Part shown: positions 1-12,512 of the stretch, piece by piece | Numbering within the stretch: the first letter of the stretch is position 1 | Layout of the letters: every line of letters starts with the position of its first letter | NCBI GenBank assembly: GCA_964016885.1 | Contig: OZ024742.1 | Span: 100,068,001 to 100,132,000, forward strand | Direction: 5' to 3' | Origin: Eledone cirrhosa | Taxonomy: Eukaryota | Length of the DNA stretch: 64,000 nt | Position numbers and translations under genes: made by a program | The notes under the pieces: generated by a model | Told to the model about the DNA's origin: nothing | Database searches by the model: none | Seen by the model: only the letters and a program-made list of their open reading frames with translations

Positions 1-66
1 TGTGTAAAGGAGGTGGTTAATCTCATCTGCATATGAAGCTGTATACGTTGGCTCAACTTAATATAG

Positions 67-555
67 AATAGAACCAGAATTTAGCTTCGAACATAGCTGT
101 ATACAAATATGTATTTGAAATTCGTATTTCTAATGAAATACGGTATTTTTATAAATAAACATTTAGAAAGCCATAACTATGAAAATGATTGACAGCTTAC
201 GCCACCATGCGGTGTCCGGCAAAGTTGAGCCAACTAATACAGCTTCATATGCAGATGAGATTAACCACCTCATTTACACAGGCGAAAAAACTATATTTTC
301 GCCTGTTTTCAAAGTTTAGCAGTTGCAAGAGCGGGAGGGATCGTCCTGACAAGAACCAGTTGAGTTCGAAATTCATCGACGATTGTCCCCCTTGCTTCAA
401 CCACACACCACTGGGTGGCGTTAGCTGGCAGTGCTTTTTTCTATAGCTATGGCTTTCTAAATGTTTATTTATAAACAAACCGTATTTCTTTAGAAATACA
501 AAATTCAAAGACGTATTTGTGTACAGCTATGTTCGAAGCAAAATCCTGGTTCTAT

Positions 556-556
<1 letters not shown>
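67..556. mobile_element. MITE with ~115-bp imperfect terminal inverted repeats
   Basis: 67-180 (aatagaaccag...catttagaaagccataactat) is the reverse complement of ~442-556 (atagctatggctttctaaatg...ctggttctatt); no credible coding capacity. Confidence 0.75.

Positions 557-558
<2 letters not shown>

Positions 559-641
<83 letters not shown>
559..641. repeat. (CA)n(TA)n microsatellite
   Basis: direct reading. Confidence 0.95.
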
Positions 642-645
<4 letters not shown>

Positions 646-818
646 CATAAGACGGGATTAAATCGCCACAAATGTTTATTGCATTATATATATATTTCTG
701 TTACATGGTTATTCATGTGATTTTGTCAGATGCTTATGCAATCATTGGTGCAGCTATGCAATTATTGTGATATGCCAGGGGTCATGCACGTTTATCCACT
801 GCGAAGTGATTTGGCATA

Positions 819-851
<33 letters not shown>

Positions 852-1057
852 GCAATTTAAGTTTTTCGAATATTAATAATAATATTCGATTCGTTTGCAA
901 CTATACAAACAGCTTCTTTTTTTTTTTTTAGAAACATTAGTGTCTGCAGTTCTGTTTACATGCCAACACAAGAGCAAGAATGAGGAGCTCATTCTACTGA
1001 CATGGCTTTAAAAAGGAGGCAGTTTGAATAATTGCAAACGAATTGAATATCATTATC

Positions 1058-1325
1058 AGTAGAGTCTCGGACGCCATGTTTTGACGCATAGAGTTATAGT
1101 CCTTGCCATTCTGAGTTCAAATCCCGTCGAGGTTAACTTTGCCTTGGCAGTATAGGTAGAGGGTTGGACGCCATGCTTTCTAGCATAGTTACGTCCCTTT
1201 ATGGTTTGAGTTCAAATCCCGCCGAGGTTAACTTTGCCTTTCATCCTTACGGGGTCGATAAAATAAAGTACCAGTAATGCACTGAGTAATTGCTGGCTTT
1301 GTGACAAAAGTAGAAACAATTATTA
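1058..1325 (+). mobile_element. tRNA-derived SINE (octopus OK-like), with a duplicated head
   Basis: B-box-like gagttcaaatccc twice, core gaggttaactttgcctttcatcc...ggggtcgataaaataaagtaccag, tail caaaagtagaaacaattatt; near copies at 4985-5178 and 46408-46602. Confidence 0.8.
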
Positions 1326-1606
1326 ATATTCGAAAAACTCAGATTACATTTATTGTATTCAACCATGTAGAGCGATAATTTTTTTTAAAATTTGAATATG
1401 GCAAAGTCGGCCATTAATTGCTCGTATACAGGAAACTGACTGGCCTATCTGCTGATATGCAAATCTGGCTGATCAGTGATTCTGCTAATATCTAGATCTG
1501 TCTGATCAGCCAGTCTGTTAATATGCAAATCAGACCGATCAGTCACTGTATATTTTAGAAAATATCATATATTTTCACTAGCTCTGACAGCTAGCAGGTG
1601 AACAGT

Positions 1607-1654
1607 GAACTGCACTGATGAAGGGTAATACCCAGAAACATTTGTCTGCAGTTC
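1607..1654 (+). ncRNA. Minimal type I hammerhead ribozyme motif
   Basis: stem I gaactgca/tgcagttc; CUGAUGA; stem II gggt-aat-accc (A/A at its base); GAAA; short stem III aca/tgt; GUC cleavage triplet at 1644-1646. Confidence 0.7.
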
Positions 1655-2081
1655 GGTTTACATGCCAACACAAGAGCAAGAATGAGGGGTTGATTCTACT
1701 GATGTGGCTTTTAAAAAGAGGCCGTTTGCACGATTGCAAACGAATCGAATATCATTATTGATATTCGAAAAACTCAGATTACATTTATTGTATTCAGCCA
1801 TCTAGACCGATAATTTTTTTAAAAATTATTATTTATATATATATATACATAAATAATAGTCCAGAAATAGCCGTCGAAACGGCTTGAGCTCTGCCGTCGG
1901 GGTCATACATTTTCCTATATATATACAGAGAGAGAGAAAGAGAAAGAGAGGGATAGAGAGAGAGAGAGGGGGGAGAGTCAGCGGTGCGGAGAGCGGGGAG
2001 ACTACTAATTATGGGAGTACTCAATACATGGGTAGACGCTGAAAAACCGAAACCACATGGCGTCGCAGTCGGGATTTTACT

Positions 2082-2182
<101 letters not shown>

Positions 2183-2968
2183 ATGTGTGTATGTGTGTGT
2201 TCCTGTGTCTATCTTCATATCGTTAATTCCCGACTCGGGCATTCTGTTGATCGAAAGACTGAACGAATGTGCATCATCGAAACCCACGGAGGATCCATCA
2301 ATCTTTGTGGATATCTACCTGGATCTTTTTAACAATACATGACTTTCTTCTGATAAACAGAAAACATTCTCTTAGTAGTTTTTATTCAGTTAGTTTATCC
2401 ACAATCTCAGTATATGTGTATTTGTGTACATGTATGAGTGTATGTGTATACGTGTGTTTGTTTATGAACCTGAATGCCTAAGTATTTAACATTAACACAC
2501 GATAATCTTCCAGTTCAATGATAATGTGTTCAGTAATCTGCAGTGGTGTATTGTTCGATATATCAGACAATTAATTGTAATACACCGCCCTTACTCGGTA
2601 CAAATTATAGGAAATTATAAACAATAACACTCTTGTGTTTTTGGGTTCATTTGCAATCTAAAATCGACGAAGCGTATACAGTGCATTGGTGCGTGACGAA
2701 GAAATGACTAAAAACACATGCTTCCACAAGAAATAATAACATAAAAAACTGAAAAAATTGTTACTGAGCTCTTATATAAAACAATGAATACTTGACCAAA
2801 TGAAATATATTTCTATTTGTTTGTTTTTCTTGTTATGTTTTGTTTTTTCTATTTCTTTTTTTTTAAATTTATTTTATTTTTTTTAGAAGTTAAAATATTG
2901 TTGATATCATAGTTAAATACAATTTTTCCTTCTTAATATATTTAAATTTGCATTATTTATATTGTATA

Positions 2969-3550
2969 CTAGCAGTGGTACCCGGCGTTGCACGGGATAA
3001 GGTATTTTGGAACAGACCTAATGGTGGAAAAACTGCATGCCTGGACAATATGTAAAGAAAATAAACCGAATACTCTGATGGCTGGATAATCTTTAAGATT
3101 TTCCTCGATGAAGCAGAAAAAATGTAGGTTTTCACCTAGGGGATCAAGAAAATAAAAAAATTTTATGTGCATAATATGCCTTGAAATTTCGGCTAGATGT
3201 AACGCTTCCAAAGAGCCCTAAAAATCTGAAAAAATGAAGTTTTTTTACCTAATGCGGGCCCTACCCATAAAAAAGTTGGATTTTCTATGCTCGCGGTATG
3301 AAGAAGAGACTGACTAATACATACTTACAATTTGAAGGAAATCGGTCTGACGTAACGCCTCAAAAGACCCCTAAAAAGCTTAAAAAACGCAGTTTTTCAC
3401 CTAATGCGAGTCATAGGAGATCAAAAAGTTGAATTCTCTGAAACATAAGTAATACACATGTAAAATTTCAAAAAGATCGGTCGGTTACTTCTCGAGTCTT
3501 AGGGATTCAAACTCACAGACACACAGACACACACACGCACACACACACAC

Positions 3551-3614
<64 letters not shown>

Positions 3615-3922
3615 CCTCAGGGAAGTGACGTAATGCACACATAGACAGCCAGACATACTGACAGATATTATAAGGGCGCGACGTTATATGCATGTTTCTA
3701 TCTAAAAAGAGAAAGACTAAGAATTATAGAGAGCGATCTCTAAATCGCCTAGTGCCGTCCTGAGGGCATTGAAAATTTGAAATGTTTTTTGCCCAGAACA
3801 CTCCCTGAAACATAAGTATTACATGTGTAAAGTTTGAAAACAGTCGGTTGGGTGCTTCTCGAGTTTTAGGGATTCAAACTTACCCACACACAGACAGACA
3901 TCCTCAGTTTTATATATATAGA
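2969..3922 (-). mobile_element. Non-autonomous Helitron, unit 1
   Basis: minus strand starts TCTATATATATAAAACTGAGGATGTCTGTCTG and ends with hairpin CCCGTGCAACGCCGGG, then TACCACTGCTAG followed by T. Confidence 0.75.
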
Positions 3923-4465
3923 CTAGCAGAAAACCACACGGTGGGCGGTTTTCTGCTAGCAAATCTAGTGTATATACTGATATTGTTGAGATTTGGATGA
4001 GAAATGTTTTCGGCACCACATGTTCACCGTCTCTCGGTGTGTCTTTTATGCATGTATAAATATATATGTTATCTATACGGTGAAATCTTTGAAATAAATA
4101 TATGTTAAAACGAAAAAGGAGAAAAAGAGATTAGTGACGGAAATATAAACGTTATGATACATAAACGTTATGATATAACGATGAAAATATAACTTCAAAT
4201 GGTCCTTGGCATGGTGTCAAGTCAGAACCGCCTCGAACTGGTTACTTCTGGCTTGTGCAAGGTGTGTCTATAGCAACCAGCGATTCCATCGGCCTCAGTG
4301 ACAAAAGTCAGTGGAGAGGGGAGGTAATGTTTCTATAGCGACAGTGTTTCTCTTGGTAGTACCAAAGTGGAGAAAGGAAGGGGAAGGTAATATTTCTGTA
4401 GCACCTACATTTGAGTTTTAGGGAAGGACAGACAGACAGATGGACAGACAAACAGAGAAATGCCC

Positions 4466-4474
4466 ATATATTTC

Positions 4475-4523
<49 letters not shown>

Positions 4524-4549
4524 CACACACAGAAATGTATATATATTTC

Positions 4550-4588
<39 letters not shown>

Positions 4589-4671
4589 CACACACAGAAA
4601 TGTATATATATTTCTGTGTGTATGTATATATATATATATATATTACACACACAGAAATGTATATATATTTC

Positions 4672-4704
<33 letters not shown>

Positions 4705-4866
4705 TACACACACAGAAATGTATATATATTTCTGTGTGTATGTATATATATATATATATATTACACACACAGAAATGTATATATATTTCTGTGTGTATAT
4801 AAATATATATTTCTGTGTGTGTATATATATATATATATTACACACACAGAAATGTATATATATTTC
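4466..4866. repeat. Minisatellite of palindromic ~55-65-bp units (acacacacagaaat-gtatatat-atttctgtgtgtgt + (TA)n); second block at 5425-5620
   Basis: direct reading; ~7 units here and ~4 in the second block. Confidence 0.9.
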
Positions 4867-4984
4867 TTAGAACAAACTTATTATTAATGTTTTGCTGTTC
4901 ATAACAATTGGAATTGAAAAATTACTTTTAAAATTATTAGTTATTTTACTAATGCTTAGATATGTAAAAATGAAGCAATGTTTC

Positions 4985-5178
4985 TAATAATTGTTTCTAC
5001 TTTTGGCACAAGGCCAGCAATTACCCAGTACATTACTGGTACTTTATTTTATCGACCTCGTGAGGATGAAAGGCAAAGTTAACCTCGGCGGTATTTGAAC
5101 TCAGACCGTAAAGGGACGTAACTCCATGCTATGAAGCATGGTGTCCGACTCTCTACAGATTCTGCCAATCCACCGCCC
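4985..5178 (-). mobile_element. tRNA-derived SINE (OK-like)
   Basis: reverse complement matches the 1148-1325 SINE in head, core and tail. Confidence 0.8.
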
Positions 5179-5935
5179 TAATGTCTGTACGTAATGAGGG
5201 AGTGAGAGGGGAGAGAAAGAAAGGCAGAGGTGAAGTGACGAAGTGACTCTCTCCTCCTCCTCCTCCTCCTCCTCCATCTCCACATTCGTCACAGCGATAG
5301 AGGGGAGGAATGTTAGTGTGTTATAAAGAGAAAGAGTGAGAGTGAGAGAAACAGACAGACTAAAAGAGAGGGATAGCTGGAGAGAGAGAGAGATAGCAAC
5401 AGATACAGTACAGTAGCTAACGGATGTATATATATTTCTGTGTGTGTATATATATATATATATATTACACACACAGAAATGTATATATATTTCTGTGTGT
5501 ATATATATATATATATTACACACACAGAAATGTATATATATATCTGTGTGTATATATATATATATTTCTGTGTGTGTATATATATATATATTACACACAC
5601 ACAGAAATGTATATATGTTTCTGTAGCACTCCTCAATTCCCCCCTCTCTCCCTCCCGCTATCCCCCTCTTGTAGTCTCTCTCTCTCTCTACGCGTGCGCA
5701 AAAAATATTCGCACGCGCGCACGTGTTTCCGCTGTCGGACAGACAGACAGAGAAATTGCTGGTTATATATTATAAGGAGATAGATGTATAAATATGTATA
5801 TATGTATATATGTGTATATATATATATATATATGGGGGGGAGCATGAACACACTCATACACATATATATACCTACATGCATATATACATAAAAATAAACA
5901 TGCATACATAAATACACACATAACTTTCTCACTCA

Positions 5936-5978
<43 letters not shown>

Positions 5979-5979
5979 A

Positions 5980-6088
5980 GAAAAAGTTAGACCCCGACGG
6001 CAGAGCTGAAGCCGTTTCGATGGCTATTTCTAGTCCAGAAATAGCCGTCCAAACGGCTTGAGCTCTGCCGTCGGGGTCTAACTTTTTC
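5980..6088. repeat. ~50-bp-arm hairpin of a dispersed repeat; half copies at 1857-1918 and 63964-64000
   Basis: gaaaaagttagaccccgacggcagagct...ggctatttct / agaaatagccg...agctctgccgtcggggtctaactttttc. Confidence 0.85.
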
Positions 6089-6127
6089 CTATTACCCACT
6101 CTACTACCCTAAGTATTGAGTACTCTG

Positions 6128-6281
6128 GTTGACCACAGCGGGATTTGAACTCAGAGCGAGCAAAGAGGTGTGACAAATACCGTAAAGCATTCTATCCAAC
6201 GCCTCAATGACTCTGCCAATTCACCGTCTTGAGATATAGATATACATATAGATATACATATAGATATACAGATAGATAGAC

Positions 6282-6342
<61 letters not shown>

Positions 6343-6452
6343 TGTTTCTTTTATTTGCCACCAGGGCATCAAAAGTGGGACAAGTACAATGGGGGGAGTT
6401 TACAAAACAAGGCGTCCTCAATAAGGAGGAGGCAATAACAAAATATAAAAAT
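6128..6452 (-). repeat. Local duplicate: SINE head + (GATA)n + Tx1 3' tail
   Basis: 6128-6290 matches 6832-6993; 6341-6452 matches 12851-12960. Confidence 0.85.
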
Positions 6453-6611
6453 AGGTTCCTTACCATACCTCCTTCGTTTTATATACATATATATATTCAA
6501 TCTGACGATTGAAGACAGGCACAACATCTGACTTCAAGAAACCACTGGTAAATGAAATAATTATCTTATGTTGTTTATTACATAACTATATATATATATA
6601 TATATATATAT

Positions 6612-6648
<37 letters not shown>

Positions 6649-6769
6649 GGATGGGAGATAGATGAAGATCCCATAACTCTTTGTGGATTCGTAGAGGATT
6701 CGTGTCTAGAGCACAATTAGACCTGGTGGAGCCCAACCGTGTCCAGGTTTGAAGACAGCCTATTTTAGA

Positions 6770-6932
6770 GGATGAATCGACTCCAGTACTGGACAGGTAC
6801 ATTTTTATCTACATCGAAAGGTGAAATCAAAGTTGACCACAGCGGGATTTGAACTCAGAGCGAGCAAAGAGGTGTGACAAATACCGTAAAGCATTCTATC
6901 CGACGCCTCAATGACTCTGCCAATTCACCGTC
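6770..6932 (-). mobile_element. tRNA-derived SINE (diverged OK-like)
   Basis: minus strand A-box-like tggcagagtcattg, B-box-like gagttcaaatcccg, core gtcaactttgatttcacctttcga. Confidence 0.65.
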
Positions 6933-7258
6933 TTGAGATATAGATATACATATAGATATACATATAGATATACAGATAGATAGACAGATAGATATGTTTC
7001 TTTTATTTGCCACTAGGGCATCAAAAGTGGGGCAAGTACAAAGGGGGGAGTTTACACAAAAAGGCGTCCTCAATAAGGAGGAGGCAATAACAAAATATAA
7101 AAATAAAATAAGATATAACAAAAAATAAAATTTTTAACAAAATCCTCAATAGAGAGGAGGCGCCTTGGGGGGTCGCACACACCCCCGAAAAAAGTGTGCA
7201 ACCCTTCTCCTCAGGAGCACAGAGAAGGGGTGCTCCCTTGGTCTTTCATCTTCCTCAC

Positions 7259-10200
7259 CTATAGTCTGATGTAGAGTGAAGGCCCATTCACACGGGCCAT
7301 TCTCGCCACTTTCACCCATCTTTCATAGAAACGGCTGGGGTGCAGCACCTCTCTCTCCATCCTGATCCTTCTTCCGAAATGATATCGGTAGAAACGGACC
7401 AGTTGTTGACCAGAGAGAAAGGTGCCTGACCTCAGTCCTTTCAGACGCGTCCACCATACAACCTCTTTCGCCATGGCTATTACGCACAGAAACACCGCCT
7501 CTGCTTCATCTTTGAAGGGGGGAGGCGGCTTGATCATTAAGATAGACTCGGTGGTCAACCGGATCGGTCCCACCCTTGACAGCAGTTGTTCGACATAGCC
7601 CCACAGATCGGCTACGCCCGAGCAGTGTACCAATGCGTGTGCAACGGTTTCCTCGTCGCACACGCATCTGGGACAGATCTTTTTGGCGGGGTCCCTACCC
7701 GGGCGTCCGTGTCTGTAGAGCCTTTCTCGAACGGGTAAAGCCCCTCGGTAGCACTGCCAGGCCAGGGACTTCTGGAAGTTGTCCATAGGTCCCGGGCTGA
7801 ATGTCCTACCGAACAGGCTGGCCAGTTCGTCCTCCTCCATGTCTAGGGCTTCTCCGAGGGCGTCGTCGCACCTGCTGCGTACCAGCCCTCTATAGAATGT
7901 TGCGGTGGAGTCTCCACTGATAACCGGATCCGCCTGCCAGAGGGCGGTGAGCGCCTGGGCACAATCAGTGTGCCAGGCGCCCAGTTTTCTCGGTCTTTGC
8001 TTGACCCAGGATTGCAGCTCAGTGAGTGAGACGAGTCTGGGAAAGGTTCGTCTCACAAACGAGGCCCACACCGGTTGTCCGGTGAGGAATACGTAGAGGT
8101 GCCGTAGCCTTAATGCGTGTTTACGCATCATTAGCCACGGCATCCCCAGCCCTCCTTTCGAAGGGTGTTGACAGCAGATGAATCTCCTCACCATAGGAGC
8201 CCGCCTCTTCCAAAGGAATTAGAAGAGCGCGCGCTCCATCTTGGTGAGGGTTTCCCTTGGGCAGGGCACTACGGTCAGGCGGTAGTAGATGACGGACGCT
8301 ATGTAGGTGTTCGCCACCTCCGCCCGACCTTTCAGGGATAGTTTGCAACTGGCCCACTTCTGGGTCAGTGCAAACACCCTGTTCGTAATCTCCGCCCAGT
8401 TTTTCTCCACCTGGAGGTCCGGTCCGAACCAGACCCCGAGCAACTTCACCGGGCCCTCCGTCCAGCGTCCGACGACGCTATCGGAGGGCATCGGTCTGCC
8501 CCTCCACGTGCCGAGTTGCAAACCGATCGACTTGTCCCGGTTCAGCTTAGCCCCTGTGAACTTTTCGTACTCCTCCAGTAAGGTGCCGACCGCCTCGATT
8601 TCGGAGGCCGTCGACACCATTACTGTCACGTCATCGGCGTAGGCCGACACCGCTTTCCGCAATCCCGGTTCCAAAGGGATGCCCTGCAACAACTCCAACT
8701 TCCGCAGTAGTGGCGCGAGAGTCAACACATACAGAAGGGAGGAGAGAGGGCACCCTTGTCGGATGGACCGCGCGATTTTGAACGGCTCCGAGAGGTAGCC
8801 GTTCACCTTGACCCTAGAGCAGATGCGGCTGATGTGCATAGCAGTGATCCAGCCCCTAAAAACGGGTCCGAAGCCTGCCGCCGCTAGCACCGCATCCAGG
8901 TAACCATGGTCGACCCTATCGAACGCCTTAGATTGATCCAAGTTGATCAGAGCCCCACCAAAGCCGGGTTCGTTCCCAACCCTCTCTCTGATGTATCGCA
9001 TGAGGTGGAGGTTGTCATGGATGGACCTGGACGGGATAGCGCATGTCTGCGCATCTCCCACCAGGTTGCCCACGACAAGCGCCAACCTCTTTGCTAGCAC
9101 CTTGGCCAAAATCTGTAACTCTGTATTTAGCAGTGTTATGGGCCTGAAGTTACTTATTTCGTCCCCCTTGTTCTCGTCCTTCCTCACTAGCGTTACTACG
9201 CCCTTGGTCACAGTACAGGGAATTCTTCCGTTCTGTTGCCAGTTGCAGTAGACCGCCTCGATGAGATCGGGGAACAAGTCCGGCATAGCTAGATATAATT
9301 CGTAAGGAAGACCATCGAGACCCGGGGATTTGCGTTTGCCGCATTGGCTCAGCACGTCCTCTATCTCAGCGGCCGAAATCGGCTCCTCGCAGGACTTCGC
9401 CTCCCTGTCCGAGAGGCGCGGCAGGCCGTCGAGGTATGGACCGAAGTCCACGTTCCCAACCGGCTCCCCGCCCCTCCCGAACAGTCGGGCAAAGTGCCTT
9501 TGAAAGGCCTCACACATCTGCTTAGGCTCAAGAATCGCCCGTCTATCCAGGTCTCGCAAAGACCGGATGGTGGATTTAGTTCCACTGTTGGCCTCTGTCA
9601 TGCGGGTCCAGCTAACAGCTTTGGTCCCCTCGTTCCCTAGAGCACGTATTTTACTTCGGACAACGCAGCCTTCGTGCTTCGCGTCGAAAAACTGGCTCAA
9701 AGCCGTTCTCGACGCTAGCACTCTGGCCACGTCGCTGCTTCTAATTGCCTCTTCTACTCTATCTATTAGCTCCCTTTCCTTCCTATTCCTATCCGCAGCT
9801 AGAACCTTACTAAATTCTATCGAGACTACTCTAATCTCTCTCTTTAGAGATACCCACCACCTGCTGTTGACGATCGCTCCAGTCAACCGTTCCTTAACTA
9901 ACGTACTAATCCGATTCCTGTAGGCTCTACTTGCCGGCAAGGACAAGTTGAGCTTCCAGTAACCGGGGCCCTGTCTATGAGTTCTGTCAAGGTTGACCAT
10001 GCAGGTCACTAATTTGTGGTCTGAATAGCCAACCATGCGCATTTTTGGACAACTTAAAAAGTCCTTATCCTTAATTCTAACTAAGAACCTATCTAGGTAC
10101 GACCTAGATGATCCGCTACAATTTGCCCAAGTCCAGGTTGGCGCAGTCGGAAAATCTAGTCGATATCTATCGGCCAGGTCAAATCGACCGATTAACCCTT

Positions 10201-10696
10201 TGAGGCTATTACACCCCTCTCTATCGGGGCAGGCCCCTACGTAGTCCCAGCGTGCATCTAGGATACCATTCCAGTCCCCCACTAATAGCAAGCAGCGGGA
10301 CGTCCCTAGAAAAGTCTCCAGACGATGGAAGAAGTCCGGCCGCATTGACCCGAAAGGGCCGTAGGCGGCTACCAACCTAAACGCTCCGCCTTTACCACTG
10401 CCAAGGTCCAGAACCACTATTCGACCCTCCTGGTCCAAATGTACCATCTGTGTTGGGAGACCCAGATGTTTTTGCAGCAGAACGACAACTCCACCCCCAC
10501 CTCCGGGCTGACAGAGAGATGCGTGCATCTCAAAGTCATCAAATGTGGGGGCCAGCTGTCGCACGTTGCTGATCCGGGTCTCGCAAATAACCATCACATC
10601 TATACGTTGTGACCTGAGGTCATTTAGAAGCATTTCTTGCTTCCAAGTTGAGCTCAGGCCACGCGCATTTAAACAGCCTACTCTTAGCATAGCCAT
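7259..10696 (-). pseudogene. E1 ORF2: AP endonuclease - RT - zinc finger, frameshift near 8220
   Basis: LNARGL, ETRI, GDWN, SDH (endonuclease); QGCPLS, YADD (RT); CPRC...HALVHC; ORFs 8219-10720 and 7259-8194. Confidence 0.92.
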
Positions 10697-10720
10697 GTTG
10701 GTGGTGAAGAGAAAAGACAC

Positions 10721-12512
10721 TTACCTCTCTGCGTCCCGGGTATCGGGCTGCACAATTTCCATTAGGGTGGGGGATGGGTTGTTGGGTGGGGTGGTGGTTT
10801 GTGGAAGTGTGGGGGCATCAGTGTGTTGTGTGGTTGGGGAGCTTGGAGTTGTGTGGGTGTTTGGGGAGGGGGTGGGATAGTTTTTTAGGAGGACGCGGTT
10901 AATGGGCCCGACGCAGGGGGGACCCACGTCCTCTTTAAAATTGTTTTTTAAAGTTTTATAGGTGTCCTGTGGGGCCTTAATCATTTTGAGGTGGGGGAAA
11001 TCCCCTGCCTGGGTGAAGTTAGGCCCTTGTGTTTTTATTAGATTGTTGTTGCACACAATGTTTAACAGTTTTTTGTTTCTTGTATTTATGTATGTGTATG
11101 CATGTTTTTGTTTTTGTGTGGTGTTTTTTGTTTGCTGTTGTGAGCTCTTTTGTGTTGGTGTCAGTGTTATGTTTTGGGGAGGGTTTTTTTTCATTTGTGT
11201 GTCTGAGGTGTGTTTTCTTTTTTTTCTTTTGATTGTGTGGAAGTGCTCCTCCTCGTCTGACGACGAACTAGGGTCATCTTCCGCGTTGGAGGGGAGGGGT
11301 ATATTTTCGGGTTGTGTTTGCGGTACGGGTGTTTTGGAAATTGTTTTTGTTTTTTGAGTGGAGGGGATGGGTTGGACATTGTTTTGTTTTGGTTTGAGCT
11401 GTGGTGGTTGTTTTTGTAGTGGTAGTTGTGGTGATTGTGTTGGTTGTGCAGTTGTTGGTGGTGTAGGCAGGATTGGGGTTTTCTTATTAAGTTGGGGACA
11501 GACAGCCCTCAGGTGACCTCTGGTTCCGCAGAGGTAACACGAGGGCCGTCTACCCTCAACGGTAATGTTGATGAAGGTTAGATCATCCAGTATGACGCGT
11601 TCAGGGATCTGGGCGATCCTTTCGGGCCTCATTTGAACTACAAGTTCGAGGCTCGTTCCACTGAACGCGTCACCCGATGCCTTTCCCATGGACACCAGCA
11701 TGTCATCCTCCAGGTCCAGAAAACCTGTCAAAACCCACCATATGTCCATAATCGGCAGGATGGTGTGGATTTTTATTTTTTGTGTTCTTCTACCCATGTA
11801 CGTAGGGTAGAAGGTGTATGCGGTGGATGTGATTGGTTTGATGGACAGTTTCACTGCTGTGTCCCTGTCCTTCATGAGAATGGATAGACTCCCGTAGAGT
11901 CTATCCTTCTGAATGAAGGTGATGTCCTTCATGACGTCTTTTAAAACCAGCTCTATCTCGCTCTGTGATGGTTGAGCTGGTTTTTTACTTTTGTTCGAGA
12001 TTGTCCTAAACATGACCGTGTTTAGGAGTCTCTGGCTTTTTAGTTCCGGGGGGGGAATGGATTGTGAATGAACCATTTTCCCCGTACACTATATATTTTT
12101 TCGCATCCGCCAGTAGCTCCTTCGCTTTTGTTATATCTACTGGCAGATAGTCGAGGGTTTTCCTTGTCGTCTCGGCGAAGGAGAAATTTTGTTTGTTTGT
12201 GTTGTTGTTGTCGTTGGTGGTGTTGTTGTTATCATTGTTGTTGTTGTCACCGTTATTGGTCTTGTTGTTGTTGTTATTGTTATTGTTATTGGTGTTGTTT
12301 TCGTCCGTCGCATTGTTGTTGTTGTTGCTGTTGCTGCCGATTCTTAGGGTTGTTGCCATGGCAACGTCAAGTTGTCGGTTAACAGGTGGAGAGAATTCTT
12401 CCTCTGGCTGACCTTTCTTCTTGACCTCTGCTACTGTGACAGTGGCAGGGGGAAGCTGTAAGTTCATCTTCCCCTTTCCTCCTTCGAATTTGGGTGAAGA
12501 ATCTTCGGCCAT
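10721..12512 (-). pseudogene. E1 ORF1: nucleic-acid-binding protein with CCHC knuckle, frameshift near 12060
   Basis: CYLCGTRGHLRAVC (CX2CX4HX4C), Asn-rich N-terminus, P/T/Q-rich linker, KRKKRK; ORFs 12006-12512 and 10721-12076. Confidence 0.88.

Larger units (their letters stand above)
852..1825 (+). mobile_element. Penelope-like pseudo-LTR relic: partial tandem direct repeat plus a short inverted copy, interrupted by a SINE
   Basis: 930-1057 + 1321-1390 is repeated at 1634-1825; 852-920 is an inverted copy of part of the unit; hammerhead motif at 1607-1654. Confidence 0.6.
3923..5780 (-). mobile_element. Non-autonomous Helitron, unit 2, joined head-to-tail to unit 1
   Basis: minus strand A|TCTCCTTATAATATATAA...CTGTCTGTCTG at the 5' end; 3' end is a 13-bp-stem hairpin ending CTAG that abuts the TC of unit 1. 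Confidence 0.6.

Noticed and set aside
4466-4866. CRISPR-like array of palindromic repeats
   Set aside because: Spacers are only (TA)n, there are no cas genes and the context is eukaryotic
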